Program-made: the position numbers and the translations under genes | Notes under the pieces: model-generated | The model's database searches: none | What the model was told of the DNA's origin: nothing | Seen by the model: only the letters and a program-made list of their open reading frames with translations | Shown: in pieces, positions 1-11,581 of the stretch | How the letters are laid out: each line of letters opens with the position of its first letter | How positions within the stretch are numbered: the first letter of the stretch is position 1 | Origin: Psychrobacter sp. DM4 | GTDB taxonomy: Bacteria; Pseudomonadota; Gammaproteobacteria; Pseudomonadales; Moraxellaceae | DNA length: 32,000 bases | Direction of reading: 5' to 3' | NCBI RefSeq assembly: GCF_051307035.1 | Contig: NZ_CP195536.1 | Coordinates: 1 to 32,000, forward strand

Positions 1-1467
1 ATGATAGAGACTGCTACCATCTGGGATAAGTGTTTAGACGACTTACGTTACCATGTTAAGGACAATGTCTTTACAATGTGGCTCAGACCCTTATCGGCTC
101 ATCAAGAATCAAAGACCTTAGTCATTCGCGCCCCTAATGACTACTTTGTTTCTTACATCAAAAAGAACCATCTGCAAGATATTCAGCAATTGGTTGCCAA
201 GCATAGTCAGGGTAGTATTGAGGAGGTAGTCGTTCGTGTTGACAATATAGGTCATAACGATGAAACTCCTAATGAAACCGCTCACGACTCGTCGTATACA
301 GACAATGTATCTAAGGACACCCCTACCCTACTGTCATCAAACTCAAAATATGACTATGGTAGCGATAATAATGAGCGACTACAGCGTGAGAATCACAATA
401 TCAGCGTACAACACAATCAGCTTATGGCGTCTGCGGATACCAAGTCACTGAGTTATCTAAACCCTGAATTTACCTTTGAGAGCTTTGTCACAGGCAAGTC
501 TAATAACTTAGCTTATAAAGCATGCTATGAGCTGAGTAAGCGTCAGTCAAAAAATCGTCATAATCCCTTATTTATATACGGTCCTTCTGGACTAGGAAAA
601 ACGCATTTAATGCATTCTGTTGCTCATCGATTTATTAAAAATAATAGAAGTTTTTATTATTTTACTTCTGAGAAATTTATTAACCAATTAGTCTATTCAT
701 TAAGAAATAATAAAATAGAAGATTTTAAAAAGAAAATTAAAAAAGTTGATTTATTAATTGTAGATGATATTCACGTTCTGGCGGGAAAGACTAAAAGTAG
801 TAACGAGTTCTTGACTTTGTTTGCTGATTTTACGAGTGGCGATAAGCAGCTGATACTAGCATCAGATCGTCATCCCTCACAGATGACTGAATTCGATGAA
901 CGTTTTCGTTCACGGTTCTCTTGGGGGTTAACAGTCGCAGTGGATCCACCTGAGATTGATACTAGGGTACAAATCCTCCAAAAAAAGGCACAGTCCTTTG
1001 GTATGGTATTACCCAAAGACTGTGCCTTGTTTATCGCGCAAAATGTGGTATCAAACGTCAGACGTCTTGAGGGCGCTCTCAATCAGGTGTTTGCAAATGC
1101 GAATCTAACAGGTGCGCCTATTACGCTTGAGATGGTACAGTATGCGCTAAAAGATATCATTGCTATACGTGTCCAAGCAGTGAACATGGACAATATACGT
1201 AAAGTGGTCGCAGAATATTACAATATTTCAATAAAAGATATGATGGGACGCAAGCGCACAAGAAGTATTGCAAGGCCGCGTCAAATCGCAATGTCTTTGG
1301 CTCGTGAGCTTACTGGTGATAGTTATCCTGATATCGGACAGTCATTCGGTGGACGCGACCACACAACCGTTATGCATGCCTGTGACAAAGTCGCTCAACT
1401 GCGCTCAACGGATCCTGCTTTTGATAAGGATTATAAATCGTTATCTATGATGCTACAAGCAGCGTAA
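1..1467 (+). CDS. dnaA: Chromosomal replication initiator protein DnaA
   Basis: 488-aa ORF. It has Walker A 'GPSGLGKTHL', Walker B 'DLLIVDDIH' and a C-terminal DNA-binding region 'RPRQIAMSLARELT..GGRDHTTVMHA'. It heads the canonical dnaA-dnaN-recF-gyrB order. Confidence 0.97.
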   Translation: MIETATIWDKCLDDLRYHVKDNVFTMWLRPLSAHQESKTLVIRAPNDYFVSYIKKNHLQDIQQLVAKHSQGSIEEVVVRVDNIGHNDETPNETAHDSSYTDNVSKDTPTLLSSNSKYDYGSDNNERLQRENHNISVQHNQLMASADTKSLSYLNPEFTFESFVTGKSNNLAYKACYELSKRQSKNRHNPLFIYGPSGLGKTHLMHSVAHRFIKNNRSFYYFTSEKFINQLVYSLRNNKIEDFKKKIKKVDLLIVDDIHVLAGKTKSSNEFLTLFADFTSGDKQLILASDRHPSQMTEFDERFRSRFSWGLTVAVDPPEIDTRVQILQKKAQSFGMVLPKDCALFIAQNVVSNVRRLEGALNQVFANANLTGAPITLEMVQYALKDIIAIRVQAVNMDNIRKVVAEYYNISIKDMMGRKRTRSIARPRQIAMSLARELTGDSYPDIGQSFGGRDHTTVMHACDKVAQLRSTDPAFDKDYKSLSMMLQAA

Positions 1468-1586
1468 ACCATGATAGTAGCGCTGTATTTAAGCCTACGA
1501 TTATGATTCACAATGACTTATAATAAACACAGTACACTATCAAATACAATCGTCCTATACATACGTCAAAATAAGAGTAGCTAAGC

Positions 1587-2762
1587 ATGCAATTATCGAT
1601 TAATCGAGAATCGTTACTAAAAGCCATTAATTTGATCGCAAAAGCGGCTGACAAGCGCCACAACATGGTTATCTTGGGTAATATCAAACTTCAGTTGTCT
1701 GACTCTGAGCTCATTTTGACGGCCTCTGATTTGGAGGTTGAGTTGACATCAACTTTGAAGTTGCCAGCAGGCGCTTGTATTGAAGCGGGAGCCACGACGT
1801 TGCCCGCTATCAAATTAAAAGATATCTGTAAATCTTTACCGACTCAAGCGCAGATCAATTTAGCCACGCAAGAAAACGAGCGTTGTTTATTGACCAGCGG
1901 TAAGAGTCGTTTTACTTTGGGGACGCTACCGAGCGCAGACTATCCAAGTTTAGGTAATCCTGAGAATATAACCCCCTTGAATGTTAGCCGTAGCCATCTG
2001 CTAGATCTCATTCACAAAACCCAATTTGCGATGGCTATTCAAGATGTTCGTTATTATCTAACAGGTATGTTATTTGATATCTCTGAGCAACAGCTTACAA
2101 CGGTTGCGACTGATGGACATAGACTGGCTTTGGCTCGTAGTGTCATCGATGTCAGTCAAGATCTAAACATGCAGGCTATTTTGCCACGTAAAGCGGTTAT
2201 TGAGCTTGAACGCTTGACCTCTGAGCTTGGTAAGATGCTTGGCGATCAAGATAACTCAGTAACGCTGAGTTTTGGTCGAGAGTTTTTGCAAGTGAGTTTG
2301 CCATTTGGTGATGTCGACAGTACAGGGCAGGTGAGTCAAGATCTAATGGTGACGTTCACTGCGCGTCTTATCGATGGTAAATTCCCCGATTACCGCCGCG
2401 TTATGCCGAGCAATACCGACAAGCTTGCGCTATTTAGTCAAGAAAAAATGACCGATGTCCTGCGCCGCGTGGCTATTTTGAGTAATGAAAAGTCTCGCGG
2501 AGTCGTTTTTAATTTTGCTAGTGACGGTATGGTCGAGGTTCGTGCTAACAATGCTGAGCAGGATGAAGCGGTCGAGATGTTGCAAGCTAAGTACAATGGT
2601 GAGCCAATGGAGTTGTCTTTTAACGCCGCTTATCTACAAGACGTCTTGGGAGTGATTCAAGGGGACTTGCAAATGCATATGAGTCAGTCTAACGCCTCAG
2701 TACTAGTCAATCAGCTGGGTGATGACTTTCATCAGTATGTCATCATGCCGATGCGTATATAG
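1587..2762 (+). CDS. dnaN: DNA polymerase III beta sliding clamp
   Basis: 391-aa ORF directly after dnaA. The N-terminus 'MQLSINRESLLKAINLIAKAADKR' and C-terminus 'YVIMPMRI' are typical of DnaN. Length and position fit. Confidence 0.96.
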   Translation: MQLSINRESLLKAINLIAKAADKRHNMVILGNIKLQLSDSELILTASDLEVELTSTLKLPAGACIEAGATTLPAIKLKDICKSLPTQAQINLATQENERCLLTSGKSRFTLGTLPSADYPSLGNPENITPLNVSRSHLLDLIHKTQFAMAIQDVRYYLTGMLFDISEQQLTTVATDGHRLALARSVIDVSQDLNMQAILPRKAVIELERLTSELGKMLGDQDNSVTLSFGREFLQVSLPFGDVDSTGQVSQDLMVTFTARLIDGKFPDYRRVMPSNTDKLALFSQEKMTDVLRRVAILSNEKSRGVVFNFASDGMVEVRANNAEQDEAVEMLQAKYNGEPMELSFNAAYLQDVLGVIQGDLQMHMSQSNASVLVNQLGDDFHQYVIMPMRI

Positions 2763-2868
2763 TCGTTTTTGCCAAAAAATACTCTTATTAGAGGCTTTAG
2801 CGCCATGACTTATAAACCAAGATTGATCAAGCAAATTCTTATAAGATGAATAGGCAGTTGTCAAAGTT

Positions 2869-4083
2869 ATGATTGAACGTCTACAGGTTTCGCATTTGCG
2901 TAATCTTGATCAATTAAGTCTCAAGGCATCGGCTTGCAATATTATCATCGGCGACAATGGTAGCGGAAAAACCTCATTGCTTGAGGCGATATTCCTCTTG
3001 TCACGGGGCAAAAGCTTTCGTCACCATCAGCCTAAACGCTATATTCAGCACCATCAGCCGACGGTTACGGTTCATGCCACGCTTTCGGCTGATCGAACCA
3101 TCGCCATTCAAAAGCAGCTCGATGCGACCACTGTACTACGCCTAAATCAAAACACTGTTTATACCCAAAGTGCGCTTACAGAACAGCTGCCAACACTACT
3201 GATAGATCCTTCAACTATGGATATGTTAGAGCAGGGTAGTGCTAGTCGTCGTCAACTCCTAGACTGGCTAGTGTTTCACATGAAACCAGGATTTCATTCG
3301 CAATGGGTATCGTATCAGCGTTTGCTCAAACAGCGTAATAGCTTACTCAAACAAAGTAGTCACTTGAGTCAAAATCAGCTCAAAGAGCTTGAGTCATGGG
3401 ACAAAGGTCTTGCCAGTCACGCCGCGCTCATTCATCATTATCGCGAACAGGTATTTAACGCTTGGCAACCTTATTTTGCCAAAAGTATCGCCCAGCTATT
3501 ACCGTTTTATGCGAACCAGTTAAGTTTAAGTTACAACGCCGGCTTTGATGCGAAAAAACCTCTCGATGAGCAGCTTAATGAGCGTTTGAACCAAGATCTG
3601 CAACTCGGATATACTCGGATCGGTAGTCACCGCGCTGATGTACATGTGCACTGGCGTTCAAATGAGAATACGTCTAAACAGACGGCTGATGACGCTTTAC
3701 AGCTTCCAGTATTAAAAGAGCAGGCTGCAAATGTGTTGTCTCGTGGCGAAAAAAAGCTGTTGATCACCGCACTGCGTTTATCGCAATTGCCTCTACTACT
3801 TAGTACACAGTTGCCTGATGAAAGAGAGCCAGTCGATGGTACTCGTTTAGAGAATATGATCTCTAAGCTAGATTCTTTTATAACGCCCGTTGTACTCCTA
3901 GATGATATTACCGCAGAGCTCGATGATAGGGCACTTGACATCCTACTATCGACATTAGCACAGCTACCATGTCAGGTGTTTATGACCAGCTTGACGACAG
4001 AGGTGATAGGGCTAGTGAACGAGTATTGGTCGTATTCTAGTGTGTTTCACATGAAACAAGGTGTCCTATCGTCTCTTGACTAG
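2869..4083 (+). CDS. recF: DNA replication and repair protein RecF
   Basis: 404-aa ORF with Walker A 'GDNGSGKTSLLEA', an SMC/ABC signature 'SRGEKKLL' and Walker B 'VLLDDITAELD'. It lies between dnaN and gyrB. Confidence 0.95.
   Translation: MIERLQVSHLRNLDQLSLKASACNIIIGDNGSGKTSLLEAIFLLSRGKSFRHHQPKRYIQHHQPTVTVHATLSADRTIAIQKQLDATTVLRLNQNTVYTQSALTEQLPTLLIDPSTMDMLEQGSASRRQLLDWLVFHMKPGFHSQWVSYQRLLKQRNSLLKQSSHLSQNQLKELESWDKGLASHAALIHHYREQVFNAWQPYFAKSIAQLLPFYANQLSLSYNAGFDAKKPLDEQLNERLNQDLQLGYTRIGSHRADVHVHWRSNENTSKQTADDALQLPVLKEQAANVLSRGEKKLLITALRLSQLPLLLSTQLPDEREPVDGTRLENMISKLDSFITPVVLLDDITAELDDRALDILLSTLAQLPCQVFMTSLTTEVIGLVNEYWSYSSVFHMKQGVLSSLD
3272..3287. other. parS: parS-like ParB-binding site inside recF (TGTTTCACATGAAACC)
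   Basis: 14/16 match to the widely conserved parS consensus TGTTNCACGTGAAACA. It is one of six such sites between 3.2 and 9.5 kb. Confidence 0.55.
4043..4058. other. parS: parS-like ParB-binding site inside recF (TGTTTCACATGAAACA)
   Basis: 15/16 match to TGTTNCACGTGAAACA. Like the site at 3272, it encodes the peptide VFHMK. Confidence 0.65.
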
Positions 4084-4431
4084 CACTGTTATTTTTGGAC
4101 TATACTTACAGTAAGATTATCTACCGTAATACACCAGTAAACAGTGACTTACAGACAAAAAAATGCTAAAATAACGCTTTATTTTTGTCCTATATTCAGC
4201 GAATTATCTTACGATTTAAAACTAATAGAAATATTTTTCCAATAACTGCTAAATTTATGATTAATAAGGGTTTCATTTGCCTTTGAATATAGAAATAGCA
4301 CATTTACATAAGTGGCTTTATTACTATTAGTTTTATCACATCAAGTTTAACTATTTGAGTTCTAGATAACATCAGGCTCGCCTCATTATTGATGCGTGCT
4401 GATGATAAGTAACTGATTATGGCTAGACTAA

Positions 4432-7101
<2,670 letters not shown>

Positions 7102-7150
7102 TCTAGCGCTTATAAGTTATCCAATACTTAATTAATGACCAACGATAAAA

Positions 7151-7178
7151 GTCATCTTGTAAGCAAGGTGGCTTTTTT
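7151..7178 (+). terminator. Rho-independent terminator of gyrB
   Basis: Stem gtcatcttg (7151-7159) pairs with caaggtggc (7164-7172): 9 bp including 2 G-U pairs, loop taag, then T6 at 7173-7178. Confidence 0.75.
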
Positions 7179-7193
7179 GTTTCATGTGAAACT
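7178..7193. other. parS: parS-like site (TGTTTCATGTGAAACT)
   Basis: 14/16 match to the parS consensus. It starts on the last T of the gyrB terminator T-tract. Confidence 0.6.
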
Positions 7194-7289
7194 TGTTTGG
7201 AAGCACGTTCTTTAGAAGCGCATTACTTAGAAGCATAGTACTATTTTAGTATCTAAGATAATTACTGGTAAATAGTTTGGAGAGTGTCT

Positions 7290-8798
7290 ATGTTAGATGA
7301 TCAACAAAAAGCTTGTCTGTCAAAATTACCCAAAGCGACTTTGGTTGATTTTATAGCCAATGTTCAGGGTATGGATAAACTATTAGATAAGAAAATTGAG
7401 CGCCTACTACTACAGTCGGATAAGCCTAAACTTATTAAGAAACTAACCTCTACCTTAAAGGGGTTAAGACGCCGCCGAAAAACTCTAAATTACTGGGAAT
7501 ATAACGACTTTGTCACTGAGCTGCATTATTTAACTGATGATGTGATGAGTCTTTATCCCGAACAGCCCCAAGAGTGCCTGATATTGCTTGAGTTATATAT
7601 GGAATCTACAGATTCTAGTATGGAGCGGGTGGATGATTCAACAGGAGAGATTAGCTCAATATACTCTCGTTTGACCTCATTATGGTTGCAGGTCGCGGCG
7701 CGTTGCTATGAGCAAGAAAAGCAGGATGTTGCCGTAGATGAGCAGGATATCTTGACGCAATCTTGGATATACAAGATCAAGGCTATGATAGATGATAATG
7801 AATACGGCACTAAAGATAATTTGCTACGTCATGTTAATCAGTTGTTCTCCACCTCTGAGCTTGAGAGTCTTGTTGAAGATTATAAGTATGATTACCAGAC
7901 TTTGCTCACTGAATCGTTTAACACTAGTGACAACGAGGAGAAGGGCAATGCTTTTAGCGCCTCAATGATGAGCGCCAATAGCTTACAAAAAAGAAGTTTG
8001 GAGCACGGACTAATAGAGTTGGCTTGGGCGTTAGCAGACATAACCAACTTTGAAGAGATATATGTATACTTGAGTGATAAGAGGCAGTTCTCATCAAACG
8101 AGTTCGATAAACTTATACAGTTTTTGCTCGATCAAGACGCTTATGAGGTTGCGCTACGTTATCTAAATGAGGATTGGCCAGGTCATAATGATATAGCAAA
8201 TACGCAAACAAATTTTAAAGCCTTTAGCTTACAGCGTCTAGACTGGCTGAGCATGATACATAGTAAACAAGCTGATACTGAGGCACTTTATAGTGTCTTA
8301 CTCGCTGCATTTGAGTTAGAGCCTTCTTATACGCGTTTTAGACAAGTGATGACTATCGCCAGTCCTGCTCAGCAAGCTCATATGCGCAAACGAGCGGTTG
8401 AGATTGCTGATGGGCAAGAAAACGTTATTATGGCGGTAGATTTATGGCTTGAGATAGGGGATTTCAAACGAGCTACGCAAGTCGCTAGTGCTCGTTATCA
8501 GGAGTTTGACTATGAGCACTATACGACACTAACGCAATGGCTGAAACGTCTTCCTGATGATACTAATCTTATTCGAGTAATGGTTTATCGTAGTTTACTC
8601 GATGATATTTTAGATAACGATCGCACGATGGCTTATGGACATGCTACCCGATATTACAAACATTTAACTAAGCTAAACGTCTTTATAGATATATCGGTCG
8701 AGGGCTATCAGAACCTGACTAGTCATCAAGATTATTTGGAATCACTGCAAAACGCGCACAGCAAAAAGCATAGCTTTTGGGAGAGGGTAGCGTATTAG
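7290..8798 (+). CDS. Hypothetical protein, predominantly helical, no motif recognised
   Basis: Long uninterrupted ORF with composition like the core genes. The ORF opens with GTG at 7284. GGAGAG at 7278-7283 favours the ATG at 7290. I could not recognise any catalytic or binding motif. Confidence 0.75.
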   Translation: MLDDQQKACLSKLPKATLVDFIANVQGMDKLLDKKIERLLLQSDKPKLIKKLTSTLKGLRRRRKTLNYWEYNDFVTELHYLTDDVMSLYPEQPQECLILLELYMESTDSSMERVDDSTGEISSIYSRLTSLWLQVAARCYEQEKQDVAVDEQDILTQSWIYKIKAMIDDNEYGTKDNLLRHVNQLFSTSELESLVEDYKYDYQTLLTESFNTSDNEEKGNAFSASMMSANSLQKRSLEHGLIELAWALADITNFEEIYVYLSDKRQFSSNEFDKLIQFLLDQDAYEVALRYLNEDWPGHNDIANTQTNFKAFSLQRLDWLSMIHSKQADTEALYSVLLAAFELEPSYTRFRQVMTIASPAQQAHMRKRAVEIADGQENVIMAVDLWLEIGDFKRATQVASARYQEFDYEHYTTLTQWLKRLPDDTNLIRVMVYRSLLDDILDNDRTMAYGHATRYYKHLTKLNVFIDISVEGYQNLTSHQDYLESLQNAHSKKHSFWERVAY

Positions 8799-8844
8799 AT
8801 GATTTGACACTATTATTTGAAACTTATTTAAATCCAGTACGTAA

Positions 8845-8860
8845 GGTTCCATGTGAAACT
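8845..8860. other. parS: Degenerate parS-like site (GGTTCCATGTGAAACT)
   Basis: 13/16 match to TGTTNCACGTGAAACA. It is intergenic, just upstream of the mntP remnant. Confidence 0.45.
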
Positions 8861-8883
8861 TTATATAGATAAAATAGAAAAAA

Positions 8884-9302
8884 ATGATCGAAGTTATATT
8901 GCTCGCTATTGCCCTAGCGATGGATGCGTTTGCCGTATCCATTGGATTGGGAGCGAAATGCTTTATGAAGCGTTTAACGCTACTACTGAGGTGGACATAA
9001 CTGATGCAGATTTTAGTCTGAACGATAGTACTGGTAATATCTATCATAAAGTCAGTCATCGCACCTTTCTTATCCTAGCTATCGCTACGAGTATCGATGC
9101 TATGGCTGTAGGATTTACGCTAAACTTGCTCTCTTTACATGCTTGGCTAGCGTGTGTAATCATAGCTATTATTACCGCTGGCTTTGGCTTTTTTGGAGTG
9201 TATCTCGGTCAAAAATCAGGAACTTGGCTTGAAGATAAGGCAGAATTATTGGGCGGTGTAGTACTTATCGGTATCGGACTAAAGATAATGTTTCTCGGCT
9301 AA
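8884..9302 (+). pseudogene. mntP: Manganese efflux pump MntP, disrupted by an internal deletion plus frameshift
   Basis: Frame 1 from ATG 8884 gives 'MIEVILLAIALAMDAFAVSIGLGAK...', the MntP TM1 'MDAFA' motif, and stops at 8998-9000. The C-terminal half 'LAIATSIDAMAVG...KAELLGGVVLIGIGLKIMFLG' is in another frame, the 8853..9302 ORF. The total span is about 140 codons against about 188 for intact MntP, so roughly TM2-TM3 are missing. Confidence 0.8.
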
Positions 9303-9332
9303 TCATTACTATCAAAAATAAGTAGTACTACC

Positions 9333-9367
9333 AAAAGAAACCACTTAAAATTTAAGTGGTTTCTTTT
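9333..9367. terminator. Bidirectional intrinsic terminator between the mntP remnant (+) and rlmF (-)
   Basis: Perfect 35-nt palindrome aaaagaaaccacttaaa-a-tttaagtggtttctttt with A/T runs on both sides. Confidence 0.8.
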
Positions 9368-9382
9368 GTTTCACGTGAAACT
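9367..9382. other. parS: parS-like site (TGTTTCACGTGAAACT)
   Basis: 15/16 match to the parS consensus with a perfect central palindrome GTTTCACGTGAAAC. It starts on the last T of the terminator. Confidence 0.75.
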
Positions 9383-9408
9383 GTCAGGTATTTTTGATAC
9401 AACATCAA

Positions 9409-9424
9409 TGTTTTATGTGAAACT
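9409..9424. other. parS: Degenerate parS-like site (TGTTTTATGTGAAACT)
   Basis: 13/16 match. It lies 42 bp from the strong site at 9367. Confidence 0.45.
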
Positions 9425-9453
9425 TACAGTATATCTGTTAACCGATTGAGCGG

Positions 9454-10494
9454 TTAATCTTCTTCTGCTTCATCCATCGTAAAGCGCCATGCTAATACTC
9501 GAGTGCTCTTTTGACCTTGGCTCATCTCGATAATACGCATCTGTGCAACATCTAGCTGCTTAAGTAATAGTTGCAAAGGTTTTACGTTTTCAGACTTTGA
9601 CACCAAACTTGTGAACCAACCGACATGCTCGGCAAAGTCTTTACTCTCTTTTATCATTTTAGTCAAAAAAGCAATTTCACCGCCCTCAGACCACAGCTCT
9701 TTATGCTGACCGCCAAAATTTAGGTTCTGTGCTGCATTGCCTGATTTGGTTGAGCGACGACTGATCTGTTCGTTCTCGTTTTTGCCGCGATGTCGTTGCA
9801 AATTATGCTGCTTACGACTATTGGCTTCCATTGCCTCCTCCATTGAGGCATGAAAAGGGGGGTTGCAAATCACGACGTCAAAGTAATCTTGACGACCGAT
9901 GATATTCTTAAAAATATATTTAGGTTCAGATTGTAGCTTCACTTTGATTGCGCCTTTAAGCTTTGGATTGGCTTGACTAATAACCGCAGCCGTATTGACA
10001 GAAACGGTATCAATATCACTTGCGGTAAAGCGCCAGCCATAGCTTTGACTACCGATAATGGGATAGATCGCACTGGCTCCTGTGCCGATATCGAGCGCAT
10101 GGATATCTTTACCCGTTGGCGGCGTATTATCAGCATTGACATGAGTGGTTTGCGCGAGCAAGTCAGCAATGTAATGAATGTAATCGGCGCGTCCCGGAAT
10201 AGGCGGGCATAAATAGCCCTCTGGAATGTCCCAAAACTTGACGCCATAAAACTGTGCTAATAGGGCTTGGTTAAGTACGCGTACGGCATCAACATCTGAG
10301 AAATTGATCGTCGACTCACCTTTTGGATTGGTGATCGTATGCTCAGCAAGTTTAGGTAAAGCGCGAGTTAATACCGCAAAGTCATAGCGACCCTGATGCA
10401 GATTGCGCGGGTGTAGCTGCCCTAGCTTTTTGGCAGTTCTAGGCGCGCGGTTTTTGTGTTTATGGCTGTCATTTTTTGAAGATTGGCTGGTCAT
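9454..10494 (-). CDS. rlmF: 23S rRNA (adenine1618-N6)-methyltransferase RlmF
   Basis: 346 aa with SAM-binding motif '[16 protein letters not shown]', the N6-adenine MTase motif 'CNPPFH' and the basic N-terminal tail typical of RlmF/YbiN. Confidence 0.88.
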   Translation of the reverse strand: MTSQSSKNDSHKHKNRAPRTAKKLGQLHPRNLHQGRYDFAVLTRALPKLAEHTITNPKGESTINFSDVDAVRVLNQALLAQFYGVKFWDIPEGYLCPPIPGRADYIHYIADLLAQTTHVNADNTPPTGKDIHALDIGTGASAIYPIIGSQSYGWRFTASDIDTVSVNTAAVISQANPKLKGAIKVKLQSEPKYIFKNIIGRQDYFDVVICNPPFHASMEEAMEANSRKQHNLQRHRGKNENEQISRRSTKSGNAAQNLNFGGQHKELWSEGGEIAFLTKMIKESKDFAEHVGWFTSLVSKSENVKPLQLLLKQLDVAQMRIIEMSQGQKSTRVLAWRFTMDEAEED

Positions 10495-10659
10495 GGGCTT
10501 ATCAGTCCGCGTGTTAAGCTAAAGAGGGAGAAATATAACCGAGCAGTGTAGCAGATTTGGTTCGCTGCTATCGGTTTATCCCAGACAAATGATCTACTGA
10601 TGCCCTAAAGGGATGCTGCTTGCGTTATACCGCGTAGGTGTCTATATTAAAAGCACACG

Positions 10660-11490
10660 ATGACCACAACTATAAAGGATAAGGCTATGACTACGCAAAA
10701 TAATAACGCCGCAGACCATCGCATCACCTATGAGACCGATGGATATATCTGTCTCATAGGCCTAAATCGCGCGGATAAGCGCAATGCTTTTGATAGTCAT
10801 ATGATTGAGCAACTCTCCAAAGCATTGACTCGTTACGACAACAATGAGAGTTTGCGCTGTGCACTTATATTCGCTCATGGCGACCATTTTACCGCAGGTT
10901 TAGATCTAATGGAGCTACAGGACAAATGGGACAAAGGTGCCTTTGAATTTGATGATAGCCAAATCGACCCTTGGGGTATCGGCGGCAAGTTACGTAGTAA
11001 ACCTATTGTCGTTGCGATACAAGGCACTTGCTTTACCGCGGGCATTGAGCTGATGCTAAATAGTGACGTGGTTATTGCTAGTGACAATTGCAACTTTGCG
11101 CAAATGGAAGTCCAGCGCGGTATCATGCCGTTTGGCGGCGCGACCGTACGATTTGTCGCGGCTGCTGGCTGGCAAAAAGCTATGCCTTACTTGCTTACGG
11201 GTAAGCCATTCGATGCGCAAACCGCTGACAGGTTGAATCTAGTGAGCGAAGTGGTGCCAAATGGGGAAGAGTATAAACGAGCTTTGACTATCGCAAAAGA
11301 GATTTGCACGGCTGCACCGCTTGGCGTAAAAGGGCTGTTGTCCTCAGCACAAGATGCCAGCCGTAATGGCGCAAAAGCGGCACTGGCCAATATCCATAGC
11401 TATCTACCGCATTTGTTTTATTCAGAAGATGCAAAAGAGGGCGCAATGGCAATGGTTGAAAGGCGCGAGGCTGAGTTTACAGGACGTTAG
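10660..11490 (+). CDS. Enoyl-CoA hydratase/isomerase (crotonase) family protein
   Basis: 276 aa with a crotonase fold signature: 'NRADKRNAFD', 'FTAGLDL', 'AIQGTCFTAGIELMLNSD', 'EGAMAMVERR'. The start could instead be the ATG at 10687. Confidence 0.88.
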   Translation: MTTTIKDKAMTTQNNNAADHRITYETDGYICLIGLNRADKRNAFDSHMIEQLSKALTRYDNNESLRCALIFAHGDHFTAGLDLMELQDKWDKGAFEFDDSQIDPWGIGGKLRSKPIVVAIQGTCFTAGIELMLNSDVVIASDNCNFAQMEVQRGIMPFGGATVRFVAAAGWQKAMPYLLTGKPFDAQTADRLNLVSEVVPNGEEYKRALTIAKEICTAAPLGVKGLLSSAQDASRNGAKAALANIHSYLPHLFYSEDAKEGAMAMVERREAEFTGR

Positions 11491-11520
11491 TTTTTATGCT
11501 AATGCTGTAGTCCTAGTCGT

Positions 11521-11548
11521 AAAAAACCTCGCTATTGCGAGGTTTTTT
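11521..11548. terminator. Bidirectional intrinsic terminator (crotonase + / adhesin -)
   Basis: aaaaaacctcgc-tatt-gcgaggtttttt: a GC-rich 6-bp stem extended by an A6/T6 pairing. Confidence 0.85.
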
Positions 11549-11581
11549 ATCTTTTGTGGAGTTAATATGTGTCAATGTTGT

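Noticed and set aside
260-1450. Nested or antisense ORFs inside dnaA (260-451 +, 870-1082 -, 1268-1450 +)
   Set aside because: They lie entirely within the well-supported dnaA frame, have no RBS or recognisable motifs, and have odd composition. They are typical spurious alternate-frame ORFs. The same reasoning applies to the ORFs nested in:
- recF: 2957-3145 and 3627-3941
- gyrB: 4508-4738, 4811-5008, 5529-5987 and 6486-6668
- rlmF: 9939-10247 and 9973-10212
- the crotonase gene: 10875-11390
- the FGGY kinase gene: 20241-20456 and 20942-21172
- the GlpD-like gene: 22723-22905
- the FAD-oxidase gene: 23527-23934
- guaA: 25754-25945
- the DUF2075 gene: 28073-28597
- the MDR gene: 30596-30916
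8799-8883. Expected yybP-ykoY manganese riboswitch upstream of mntP
   Set aside because: Only 85 AT-rich nucleotides are available, and none of the conserved riboswitch helices or GGGGAGUAG-type motifs are visible.
8742-9059. 105-aa minus-strand ORF, and the 149-aa plus-strand ORF 8853-9302 taken at face value
   Set aside because: The minus-strand ORF overlaps the end of the hypothetical gene and the mntP remnant and has no motifs. The first ~60 residues of the 149-aa ORF are not MntP-like, and the true MntP N-terminus is in another frame (8884-9000). The locus is therefore called a pseudogene instead.
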